Positions 9,440-18,389 of a stretch of 29,590 bases of DNA are shown piece by piece. The stretch is from Pseudomonadota bacterium (GTDB lineage: Bacteria; Bdellovibrionota_G; JALEGL01; DATDPG01): positions 1 to 29,590 of the forward strand of contig JAZDIZ010000128.1 in NCBI GenBank assembly GCA_043804515.1, in the 5' to 3' direction. The notes below the pieces were generated by a model that saw only the letters and a program-made list of their open reading frames with translations, made no database searches and was not told where the DNA came from. Both the position numbers and the translations under genes were made by a program. Numbering within the stretch: the first letter of the stretch is position 1; every line of letters begins with the position of its first letter.

Positions 9440-9763
9440 TCAGTTGAATCTGTACTCGAGGGAGATCGTGGCGAAAGGCCCCGCAAAGACGTTCAGCCTC
9501 TCCGCCAGATTGATCGTTCCTACCGATGAGAGCAGGCGATAGATCGGGTCTGCGTATAGGTCAATCGGTGTGCTCTTCTCGCCGGTCTGAGCCTCGGATA
9601 AGTACTCCCCGTTCGATCCCGCCCCTACGATCGACGGCGCACCCACGAAGGACGAAGCGAGAGGCAGAACTTGGAAAAACCCGCCGGCGAAAGCCGCGCC
9701 CGGCGCCAGAAAGGCCATCATGGCCAGAACGAGGGGGAGACGAAACTTGCTCAATCCGTACAT
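9440..9763 (-). CDS. Small secreted protein with OMP-like C-terminus
   Basis: Signal peptide ...LAMMAFLAPGAAFA; C-terminal ISLEYRFN; sigma54-like promoter directly upstream. Confidence 0.65.
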   Translation of the reverse strand: MYGLSKFRLPLVLAMMAFLAPGAAFAGGFFQVLPLASSFVGAPSIVGAGSNGEYLSEAQTGEKSTPIDLYADPIYRLLSSVGTINLAERLNVFAGPFATISLEYRFN

Positions 9764-9777
9764 CAAAGATCAGATAG

Positions 9778-9831
9778 TGCAAGGTCGGTGCCCCGAAGCC
9801 GGACCTGTTCAGTCCGTCTAACATTTTGATA
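9778..9831 (-). promoter_or_regulatory. Sigma54 -24/-12 promoter plus IHF site
   Basis: GGGCACCGACCTTGCA (9793-9778, GG-N10-GC); TATCAAAATGTTA (9831-9819) matches the IHF consensus WATCAANNNNTTR. Confidence 0.65.
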
Positions 9832-10109
9832 TCATTATAATTTTTCTGCTCACCATGGCCCGTCGAGCCTCCGATGATGGCGAAGATCGGCTCAGACGCT
9901 CAATTCAACGCAGGACTTGGAGGTGCGGCCTTCCGGCTCCCGTGACCTCTCCGATTCGAACCGCCGGAACCTGTTCCGCCCGGAACCGTCGGACCAAAAG
10001 GTCGGATTTGGATTCCTCGATGAAGATCGCACCACCGCCGGAAGTTTGCGGATCGAAGAGCTGCTGCCGTTCCCCACAGAAAACGCGATCCGTTGGTTTT
10101 TTTGGCCCC

Positions 10110-13100
10110 GTGGGTAGAATCGATCCCCTGGCGCTCCGACTCCTCACCTTTCTTTTCGCTCTTCTCTGGACGTGCGGCGCATACGCCATTCAAACCGTCG
10201 GCGTGGCGCCCGTGCAGGGAAACGCCAAATACCCGCTGGTCATGCAAGGGCTCCGGCAGGTGCTTTGGACCGACCTCGAGCAGACGGGGATGCTCAAGGC
10301 CCTGCCGATCCAGATTTCCCCCGAATCGGCCTCCATCGCGAACTTGCCTTCGCTTGTTCAAAGCGCCCCGGTCGACACCGTCCTTTTGATCCAGTTCATC
10401 GAGGGGACGTCCCGTTTCACGGTCTCCGTGCGCGCATATGACGCCGAGACCCGATTCAACGTGGGTAGCCGCTCCATCGAGGGCACCTACGGCGAGATCC
10501 GGCTATTCCAGGACCGGTTGTTCCACGCCACCGCCGAAATTCTCAGAACACCGGTTCCGGAGGGCATCGAACGGGACATCGTTGGAAATCACACAACTAA
10601 GGTAGGTGCGATCCAGGCTTTGGGTGAGGCGGACACCGCTCTGCGGGAGAAGCGCTACGTGGACGCTCTCGAAGGTCTCGCCCGGGCCCGCTCTATAGAT
10701 CCCCGGTTCCGGGCTCCCAAGCTTCAGCTGGAAATCCATGGCCATGAATGGGCCGCTCAGATCGCGGATCCGGCTCAGGCGGGGCGCGCCTACGCTTTCA
10801 TCGGGGACGCCAAGAAATCCACGGCCGCGTTCGACCGGGCCCTGGCGCGGGACGCCCGCAACGTCGCCGCGTTGGTGGGACGGGGGGATTTCCTTCTGCA
10901 GATGAAGAAGCCCGCCGAGGCGTTGCCGTACTACCAAAGGGCCGCGCAATCGGATCCCAAGAACGCGTGGGCCCAAGTCGGCCTCGCCCGGGCCTTCCAG
11001 GATTTGCGCCGGGCCGACGAGTCTCTCGCGTCATACGAGCGCGCCCGGCAACTCGGGGCCACTTCCCCCGATGTCTATGAGGCGCTCGGAGCCCTCTACT
11101 CCTTGCGCCGGAACACAAAAGCCGCGGTGGAAGCCTACCAAACGGCGGGGGAGCTGGCCGAACGGGTCGCGAACTTCTCCCGGGCACAGGAGGAATACGC
11201 CAGGGCCAACCGGATCACCCGGTCGGCTCCCGGCTTGGAAAAAGAGGCGGATCTTTATCTGGCCGAAAACGAGCTTCCTTCCGCCATCTCGACGTATGCG
11301 AAGGCCGTTGCGCTCGAGCCGAACCGCGATGCGGTCTGGGCGAAATCGGGCTGGGCTTTTTATCTGAACCGGCAGCCTGCGGAGGCGGTGCGCAGGCTCC
11401 GCCGCGCGTACGAACTCAACCCCTCCGGCTATGAGGCTAATCTGTACCTGGGCAGGGTGTTGCTCCAAAGCCGGCAGACCCGGCAAGAGGCGATCCCGCA
11501 CCTGGAAACAGCCGTCCGCCTCCGGCCCGATGAAGTGCAGACGCAGTATCTTTTGTCCCGAGCGTATCTGGATGAAGGGCACGTCGACGCTGCGGTCGGC
11601 CTCTTGGAAAAACTGGTCAAACTAGATCCGCGCAACGCCCGGGCCCACAAGGAACTCGCGGATGCCTATGCGGCCAAAGAGGACACCGCCCGGGCGGAAA
11701 TCGAATACGCAAGGGCCGTCGAAATCAACGCCGACTTGCGGGAAGCGCACGAAGCGCTCGCCCAGCTTTATCTCAAGACGGGCAGGCGCGAGGATGCGGT
11801 CGCCGCGATCCAGCGCGTGTACAGGATCGACGCTTCCGACAACATTTTCGTGGACCGGGGATCGGAGCTGCTGCGGCCCCTGGTCTCCCAGGACCTGATG
11901 AACCTGGTCCGCAAGTTCCCCAAAATGGTCCCTTCCGCCGTGGGGCGATCCCCGATCAATCAAGTCTCTGTCGTGGATCTCTCCCGTGCGGATCAGGGAT
12001 TGGTGCACCGGATATACTCGTGGTTTTGGCCCCTCTACCAGACCGATGCGCGCCGCGCGCGGGAAGATTTCGAGCTGGCGCTCCAGCTTCAATATCAGGT
12101 CATCGCGCATGACGCGGTTTCCAAAACCGTTGGGGGCAGCTTGACGAGCTCGGAGTTCGCAAACGAGAGCCTCGCGACATCGAAGGCCGGCCGGGCCCAT
12201 TTGGACGGCCTCTTCCTCTTCGAGCTGTCCGGGGCCCTCCGCAACGGCGAAACCACTGCCGTCACGGTCGCTCCTATTCTCTTTTCCGCCATCAACAAAC
12301 GGCATTACCCTTCCTCGCGCGAGGGATTCGCCGCTCAGATCACGTATCCGACGGCCGAGATCCTCCATCTGAACCTTCCGGTCGTCATTCGCTGGCTTCT
12401 TCTGATCTGTGTCCCCATCCTTCTGGTCACGTCGTATCTCGCCTACAAGAGCAGCGCCCGGGGCAAGGGAAAGCTCCGAGTTTTGATCAACTACGATCCC
12501 AGGCTGGAGAGTTTCCTGACGCTGAAACTCGCCAAGAAGCAAGAGGAGGAAAGGGATCCCGCGATGGTCATCGTGCGGGACAAGGAAAAATACGAGCGCG
12601 GGAAGTACAAGAAACTCCTTCGTCAGCACGGAACCTGGGTGCGGCGCATGGTGGGCCGGGACACCGTCTTCGAGAAAGTGCCGGCGAGGGAATACTTCTG
12701 CTATCTCTACGGCACGATCGAAGACAAGCACTACCTCAAGAAAACGATCGGCAACTACTTCATGGTCCAAAAGGTGCTGATCCGGAAAGACGCGACCGCC
12801 ACACTCACGTTCCAGCTGGAAAAAGAGGAAGCCTTCACGACCGTGTTCGTCACGAAGGGCGAGGAACCTGTTGCGGGGGCGGAGATCCGCGTGAAGGGAC
12901 ACGGCGAGGCCGTGTACTCGCGCGCGGAAGCCGGAGCCTTCATCTATCTTCCTCTGGGAGAGACCAAGATCCAGGTCTCGCATGAGGGGCGAACGATCGA
13001 ACGAAGCGTCCTCGTCCGGTCCCTGGATGATCAGATGGTCCAGGTCGATCTGCGCACGGCGGACGAGGCGGAGGCGGAGTTCGTGGGCGGGCGGGACCTT

Positions 13101-14912
13101 CGGGAGGTGGCGGAGGAATACCGGTCCACCGGCCGGTTGGAGGAAGCCGCCAAGTATCTGGAAAAAGCCGGGGACACGGAGAAAGCCGAGCAGCTCCGGG
13201 CCGAGGTCTCCCTGTCCGAGGGCGACCTGGACACGGCGGCCGAACAGCTGGTGAAGGCAAAGGAATATTCGAAAGCCGCCGAAATGTTCCGCCGGATGGG
13301 GAAGCACGAAAGAGCGGATTACCTCTACGGAATGCACAATTTCGCCCAGGGGGACTTTGCGAAGGCGCTGGAGTTCCTGCGCGACAGCGAGGACCACGGC
13401 CTGCTTGCGAAAATCCACGAGAAGCTGGGGGATTCGAGGTCGGCGCTTCTGGAAAAGGCCAAGGATCACTCGCAGCGCGGGGAGAAGGTCGAAGCGGCGG
13501 CGGCGTTCGCCCTGGCGGAGGCCCATTCGGAAGCCGCCGACCTTTACGAGTCCCTGGACGACCTGAACAACGCGGCCGATCAGCACGCCAAGGACGGGAA
13601 TTACCTCATGGCCGGGGAGATGTTCGCCCGCGCGGGTGACCCGACAAGCGCGGCGGCGGCGTTCGAGAAGGGAGGGCATTTCGAGCAGGCCGTTTCCCTC
13701 TTTAAGGACCTCAACGACATGCCGAAGGTGATCGCTCTTCTCGAACGGCAGGGTCTTTTCTACGACGCCGCGGTGGCCTACCGCGATCAAGGGATGCCGG
13801 ACGAGGCGATCTCGATGTGCCAGAAGATCCCCTCGCACCACGACGACTTCCCCCGCACGCAGCTTTTCCTGGCGAACCTGTTCGCCGAGAAAGGCCAGGA
13901 CGATCTCGCTCTCAAAACGTTCGATCAGGCCATGGTGGCCAACGCGGGCGCGATGGACGCCGATTCCCTCTACGCCTATGCGGCGCTTCTGGAGCGGCAT
14001 GGGGACTACGCCAAGGCGCTGGACCTCTATGAGGAGATTCTCAAGAAGGATTTCCAATACAAGGACGCCGGCGCCAGAGCGGAGCTGCTGAGACCCAAGG
14101 TGAGAGAGGCCGCTTTAAACGCGGAGGCCTCGAAGGATACGCGCTACGAGCTCCTGGATGAACTCGGGCGGGGCGCGATGGGCGTCGTGTACAGGGCCAA
14201 GGACAAGATGCTGGACCGGATCGTGGCGTTCAAAACCCTCCCTCACACGCTGAAGGACGATCCCTCCGCGCTCGAAAGCCTCATGAAGGAGGCGCAGACC
14301 GCCGCGAAGTTGAATCATCCGAACATCGTCACGGTCTATGACATCGGTGAGGAGGCGGGAAATTTCTTTATGGCGATGGAGTACGTGGAGGGGAAGACGC
14401 TCAAAGAGGTCCTTAAGCAGATCAAGAAGGTGAATGTGGAGAGCTTCAAGTTCGTGGCCAAAGCCCTCTGCGACGTCGTGGCCTACGCCCACGAACACCA
14501 CGTGATCCATCGGGACATCAAGCCGTCCAACATCATCCTTCTCCCCAGCCGCACCGTGAAACTGATGGATTTCGGCCTCGCCAAAGTCCTTCGGAATTCT
14601 TCGAGCGACAAGACGTCACTCCGCGGAACCCCTCTGTACATGTCGCCGGAACAGGTCCTCGGCAAGGACATCGACCACCGCACGGACATCTACTCTCTGG
14701 GCATTCTCTTTTACGAAATGCTGGCCGGCCGCACACCCTTCAAGGAAGGGGACGTCCTGTACGCCCACGTGCATACGCCCGCCCCGCCGATCCAGGAATT
14801 CGCGCCGAACGCTCCCGAGGCGGTCGCGCGGACGATCATGTCGTGCCTGGAAAAGGACAAAACGAAGCGCCCCGCCACGGCCAAGGATCTGGCCAAGGGG
14901 CTCGGGATTTAG
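10110..14912 (+). CDS. Membrane-anchored TPR-repeat Hanks-type Ser/Thr protein kinase
   Basis: C-terminal LGRGAMGVVY, VAFK, HRDIKPSN, DFG, YMSPE, DIYSLG; signal-like N-terminus, many TPRs, central TM (WLLLICVPILLVTSYLAY). Start uncertain: ORF open from 9855, GTG 10110 precedes the signal peptide. Confidence 0.9.
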   Translation: MGRIDPLALRLLTFLFALLWTCGAYAIQTVGVAPVQGNAKYPLVMQGLRQVLWTDLEQTGMLKALPIQISPESASIANLPSLVQSAPVDTVLLIQFIEGTSRFTVSVRAYDAETRFNVGSRSIEGTYGEIRLFQDRLFHATAEILRTPVPEGIERDIVGNHTTKVGAIQALGEADTALREKRYVDALEGLARARSIDPRFRAPKLQLEIHGHEWAAQIADPAQAGRAYAFIGDAKKSTAAFDRALARDARNVAALVGRGDFLLQMKKPAEALPYYQRAAQSDPKNAWAQVGLARAFQDLRRADESLASYERARQLGATSPDVYEALGALYSLRRNTKAAVEAYQTAGELAERVANFSRAQEEYARANRITRSAPGLEKEADLYLAENELPSAISTYAKAVALEPNRDAVWAKSGWAFYLNRQPAEAVRRLRRAYELNPSGYEANLYLGRVLLQSRQTRQEAIPHLETAVRLRPDEVQTQYLLSRAYLDEGHVDAAVGLLEKLVKLDPRNARAHKELADAYAAKEDTARAEIEYARAVEINADLREAHEALAQLYLKTGRREDAVAAIQRVYRIDASDNIFVDRGSELLRPLVSQDLMNLVRKFPKMVPSAVGRSPINQVSVVDLSRADQGLVHRIYSWFWPLYQTDARRAREDFELALQLQYQVIAHDAVSKTVGGSLTSSEFANESLATSKAGRAHLDGLFLFELSGALRNGETTAVTVAPILFSAINKRHYPSSREGFAAQITYPTAEILHLNLPVVIRWLLLICVPILLVTSYLAYKSSARGKGKLRVLINYDPRLESFLTLKLAKKQEEERDPAMVIVRDKEKYERGKYKKLLRQHGTWVRRMVGRDTVFEKVPAREYFCYLYGTIEDKHYLKKTIGNYFMVQKVLIRKDATATLTFQLEKEEAFTTVFVTKGEEPVAGAEIRVKGHGEAVYSRAEAGAFIYLPLGETKIQVSHEGRTIERSVLVRSLDDQMVQVDLRTADEAEAEFVGGRDLREVAEEYRSTGRLEEAAKYLEKAGDTEKAEQLRAEVSLSEGDLDTAAEQLVKAKEYSKAAEMFRRMGKHERADYLYGMHNFAQGDFAKALEFLRDSEDHGLLAKIHEKLGDSRSALLEKAKDHSQRGEKVEAAAAFALAEAHSEAADLYESLDDLNNAADQHAKDGNYLMAGEMFARAGDPTSAAAAFEKGGHFEQAVSLFKDLNDMPKVIALLERQGLFYDAAVAYRDQGMPDEAISMCQKIPSHHDDFPRTQLFLANLFAEKGQDDLALKTFDQAMVANAGAMDADSLYAYAALLERHGDYAKALDLYEEILKKDFQYKDAGARAELLRPKVREAALNAEASKDTRYELLDELGRGAMGVVYRAKDKMLDRIVAFKTLPHTLKDDPSALESLMKEAQTAAKLNHPNIVTVYDIGEEAGNFFMAMEYVEGKTLKEVLKQIKKVNVESFKFVAKALCDVVAYAHEHHVIHRDIKPSNIILLPSRTVKLMDFGLAKVLRNSSSDKTSLRGTPLYMSPEQVLGKDIDHRTDIYSLGILFYEMLAGRTPFKEGDVLYAHVHTPAPPIQEFAPNAPEAVARTIMSCLEKDKTKRPATAKDLAKGLGI

Positions 14913-14965
14913 CCTCCGTTCTAGAGACCCGCGTCTCTAAAGCTCGATAACCAAAGGCTCCAAAT

Positions 14966-15709
14966 CTAATCGGGTGTACCCGGATTCCGCGGAAACGTTA
15001 CATATCCCTCGGTAGCACCCCGAAACTTGAATGCCATTGGGTTAGAGGGCGACGCGAAAGCGCTTTTTGAGATATCCCCATCCACAAAGGAATCCCGATC
15101 CACGGGGATCAAAACGGTCCACTTATAGTCGATATCTGACTCACTGCCGTTCTGGAGCATGTATTCGTATCTGCCCAAACGTCCCTGGCGCTCCCAGACG
15201 TTACGTATGGTTCCTTGAATCAGCCCGAAATAGTCGTCGAACCGAACTCTTGCCGCGAATGCTTTGTCCGTGCGGAATACGTTTTCTAGATTGTTCGCCC
15301 TAAGCCTCTGGCAAGGGACATTGACCACGCGGCCGTCCTCAGCCTCTACACGTACATCCAAAAGAAATTTCGTGTCGGGCCTGATCCTCACTCCACCCAT
15401 AGATGGATTCTCCCTCAGGTATTCCTCAAACTCTCGGACTTCCTCTCTCGCCACGGCGAGAACAACGTGATCGAATTTCGGCCCCACACGAAACAACAAT
15501 GTGGCCCTTTGTTGCCCGTATCCGAAATACCGGTGCAACGCGTTTTGCACGCGGTCGAAATTCCATTCGCGTGTTTCCGGAAAAAGACCGTAGAAGACAT
15601 ACCGTGAGTTGCTTAAAGCCGGAGCCGCTTTTCGGACCTGAGCACTTGCATCGCAGATCTGAAGCACACCGAGTGACACGATTACTGCTGCCAATGCGAA
15701 TTTTTTCAT
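14966..15709 (-). CDS. Hypothetical secreted protein (247 aa)
   Basis: MKKFALAAVIVSLGVLQICDASA signal peptide; AGGGGGA RBS; TTGACG-17-TAGAAG upstream. Confidence 0.8.
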   Translation of the reverse strand: MKKFALAAVIVSLGVLQICDASAQVRKAAPALSNSRYVFYGLFPETREWNFDRVQNALHRYFGYGQQRATLLFRVGPKFDHVVLAVAREEVREFEEYLRENPSMGGVRIRPDTKFLLDVRVEAEDGRVVNVPCQRLRANNLENVFRTDKAFAARVRFDDYFGLIQGTIRNVWERQGRLGRYEYMLQNGSESDIDYKWTVLIPVDRDSFVDGDISKSAFASPSNPMAFKFRGATEGYVTFPRNPGTPD

Positions 15710-15783
15710 TTTGATCCCCCTAAGAAAAGACGGCGACTTCTAGCGCGCACTGCGTCATTCGTCAAGAAAACGTGCGGCGGGGG

Positions 15784-16305
15784 TTATCCGATTTTTGGCT
15801 TCGGTTTCGCTCGGGAAACCTGCGGGGGGGCGGGTCTGCCTTTGACCCGAGCGGGCTCGGAAGCCTCGTCCCCAACGGCGGGGCCCGATGCCGTGATTTC
15901 CTCGGCTTCCGACTCCGGGGGCAGAAGATCGGCGGCCCGATCGGGAAGGCCCATGGCGAACGCGGCCGAATCGGGGATCGTGTCCCTCGTCACGGACCGG
16001 GCGGTTTCCAGATCCTTCTGGAACACCAGAACCGTGGATCCGACGCGGACGCGATCTCCGGGGCGGAGAACCTGGCTCTCGACCCTTTGGTCGTCCACGT
16101 AAAGGCCGTTGCGGCTCCCCACGTCGGAAATCACCGGCCCGTCCGGACCTTCCTCCACATGGGCGTGATGCCGGGACACGTCTCCGTCCGCGACGATCAG
16201 CTCGTTGTCCGGATCCCGGCCGATACGGAACGGGAACCGATCGATCTCGATCGCACGCCCGGCATCCCTTCCTTCCAGGACCAAAAACGCCGCCTTGGAG
16301 CTCAT
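15784..16305 (-). CDS. FHA domain-containing protein
   Basis: IGRDPDN, DVSRHHA, DVGSRNGLYV FHA motifs; low-complexity tail. Confidence 0.92.
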   Translation of the reverse strand: MSSKAAFLVLEGRDAGRAIEIDRFPFRIGRDPDNELIVADGDVSRHHAHVEEGPDGPVISDVGSRNGLYVDDQRVESQVLRPGDRVRVGSTVLVFQKDLETARSVTRDTIPDSAAFAMGLPDRAADLLPPESEAEEITASGPAVGDEASEPARVKGRPAPPQVSRAKPKPKIG

Positions 16306-16353
16306 AGGAAAATACTATCAAAGTGGCGGCAGAACTCTCTAGAATGTTCCCAT

Positions 16354-17115
16354 ATGAAGCACATCATCGGATTTTGCGTCGCTTTGGTGTTCGCGTTGGC
16401 TTGTCCCTTCCGTCCCGTTTCGGCCGGGCCGGCGGAAGCCTTGAAGGCATACGCCGACCTCCTGAAGACCGTGGCTCAAACCGACGGTGTCCGATGGGAT
16501 CTGGTCGGGCCGGCCCAGAAGGAGGAATTGAAGACCTTCCTGGCCTACGCTTCCGAGGTGCGGTCGGCGGACCAACCCTCGCGTGAAGCGCAGTTGGCGT
16601 TCTGGATCAACGCTTACAACGCCTGCGTGATGAAGCTGATTCTGGACCACATGCCGATCCAGGATGTCATGAAACTCCCCGGCTTCCGCGACCGCCTCCA
16701 GTGTTCCGTAGCCGGACAGGATCGGACGCTCGTGGACATCGAGAGCGGTGTGATCGGCCCGCTTTTCTCCGAACCCAGAGCGCATTTCGCATTGTGGTGG
16801 GGGATCAAGGGCGGCCCGAGGCTGGCGGCGGTCCCGTACGAGGGCAAGGCCTTGAACCGGATGCTGGAGGACCAGACCAAAGCATTCGTGATCGACCCGG
16901 TGAACGTGGAGTTTTCATCCACGCCCACGGGGCTGACGCTTTCCCCGCTCTTCGGTTGGTATAAGTCGGATTTCGGAAAGACGGAAGAAGGCGTTCTGGC
17001 TTTTATCCGCAAACGCCTTCCCAAGGAGAAATCGGCGATGATCCCCAAGAACCTGGCCCGGGTGAAATTCGCCGCGCTGGATTGGACGCTGGACCAGACG
17101 AATCTGAAACACTAA
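16354..17115 (+). CDS. DUF547 domain-containing exported protein
   Basis: Signal peptide from ATG 16354; LAFWINAYNA, EPRAHFAL, LSPLFGWYKSDF, DWTL. Confidence 0.88.
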   Translation: MKHIIGFCVALVFALACPFRPVSAGPAEALKAYADLLKTVAQTDGVRWDLVGPAQKEELKTFLAYASEVRSADQPSREAQLAFWINAYNACVMKLILDHMPIQDVMKLPGFRDRLQCSVAGQDRTLVDIESGVIGPLFSEPRAHFALWWGIKGGPRLAAVPYEGKALNRMLEDQTKAFVIDPVNVEFSSTPTGLTLSPLFGWYKSDFGKTEEGVLAFIRKRLPKEKSAMIPKNLARVKFAALDWTLDQTNLKH

Positions 17116-17119
17116 AAAA

Positions 17120-17503
17120 GAACCTCCGATCCAACATCCGACAGCCCAGCGTCGGCCCCTGACTCCGCTGCGAAGCGAAGGTGGGTGGGAACCACAGATG
17201 TCGCGTCGTCCCGGTGGGATGGAGCATACGAGAAACCGGGAGATCCTTGCTGCGAGGGGAAGGCAGGCGGGACGAAAAAGCGTGCCACCGACCGTACAGA
17301 TTCACGCGGATGAGGCGAGCTGGCACAGCCTCAGACGCGATGAAGCTGTTGGGAGGGATGGCCGTCTCCATGCATCCAATAACTACGGCCATTGAGCGCC
17401 GAGCGGCGGAGGGCGGCGTAACGCTCGACGACCGCGTCTTTTTCGGACCGACCGACTTTCCATCGCAGCCAGAGCACACGCGACGACCCAGTCCGCCTAT
17501 ACG
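17120..17503 (+). ncRNA. Candidate large structured non-coding RNA (family not recognised)
   Basis: Nested helices from 17179-17189/17487-17498 inward, two tandem G-A motifs, several G-U pairs, a GCGA tetraloop; no credible ORF. Confidence 0.5.
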
Positions 17504-18382
17504 TCACGAACCTCGGTTGATCCGCTCCACTTCAGCCCGCCAGAGCTGCATCATCCGCTTCGTCATCGGCCCGACGCCGCCGTTTCCGACCGGCCGGCCG
17601 TTGATCCGGGCGATCGGCAACAACTCCTTGATCGATCCCGTCAGAAAGATCTCGTCGCAAGAGAGAAACTCCGCTTCGGAGATGGCTTTTTCGGCGAACG
17701 GGATCTTTTCGCGCTGCACGATCTCCACCAGCAGCGACCGCGAGACTCCTTCGAGCAGGCCGCTCCGTACTTCGGGCGTCAGGACCTTCCCGTCCTTCAC
17801 GGCGAAGACGTTGCTCGTCGTGGCTTCGGTCACGAATCCCTCTTGATTGAGCATGATGGCTTCGACCGCGTTCCGCCGGTAGGCCTCGATCAACGCCAGC
17901 ATGTTGTTCATGTAATTGCCCGTCTTGATGTTCGGATCCACGGAGCGGGGATGGTTACGGATCACCGAGACCAGCGCCACTTCCGCGCCTTTTTCGTAGT
18001 ATTCGGCGGGCATTTTGGGAACGGCGTCCACGAGAATCGCCGTCGTGGGTTCGATGCCCGGATCCGGGAACAGGTTGAACCTGAAATCGGTCCCGCGGCT
18101 TACAACGATCCGAATGTAGGATTCGGGATTCCCGGCCTTCTTCAGGCATTCTCCGAGATGAGTCACAAGCCGTTCGAGGGAGAACGGGATCCGGAACGCA
18201 ATCGCCTCCGCGGAGCGGAGAAGCCTCTTGTAATGGCGGTCCAATAGAAACACGTCGGGAATCCGGTACGACCGAACGGTCTCATACACGCTGTCGCCGT
18301 AGAGAAAGCTTCGGTCCATGACGGGCACGACGGCTTTTTCGGGAGGGACGATCTGAAAATTCAGGCTGAATAAGCGAGGCAT
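17504..18382 (-). CDS. PLP-dependent aminotransferase class IV (branched-chain/D-amino acid type)
   Basis: DRSFLYGDSVYE, HYKRL, IKTGNY (catalytic Lys), EATTSNVF, LEGVSR, EIFLTGS. Confidence 0.93.
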   Translation of the reverse strand: MPRLFSLNFQIVPPEKAVVPVMDRSFLYGDSVYETVRSYRIPDVFLLDRHYKRLLRSAEAIAFRIPFSLERLVTHLGECLKKAGNPESYIRIVVSRGTDFRFNLFPDPGIEPTTAILVDAVPKMPAEYYEKGAEVALVSVIRNHPRSVDPNIKTGNYMNNMLALIEAYRRNAVEAIMLNQEGFVTEATTSNVFAVKDGKVLTPEVRSGLLEGVSRSLLVEIVQREKIPFAEKAISEAEFLSCDEIFLTGSIKELLPIARINGRPVGNGGVGPMTKRMMQLWRAEVERINRGS

Positions 18383-18389
18383 GGTGTTT

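Noticed and set aside
9855..10109. First 85 codons of the kinase ORF
   Set aside because: Composition unlike the rest of the protein and it precedes the signal peptide; probably non-coding
15772..16353. N-terminal extension of the 447-aa ORF
   Set aside because: Overlaps the FHA gene antisense; the signal peptide starts at ATG 16354
17120..17503. RNase P RNA on the minus strand (GATGGAAAGTCGG and GCAGCAAGG resemble conserved segments)
   Set aside because: No 3' ACAGAAnnCGGCTTA P4 partner, and the G-U/G-A patterns favour the + strand
17490..17506. IS91/ISCR oriIS-like end CCTATACG
   Set aside because: Match is too short, upstream consensus is absent, and no rolling-circle transposase is present
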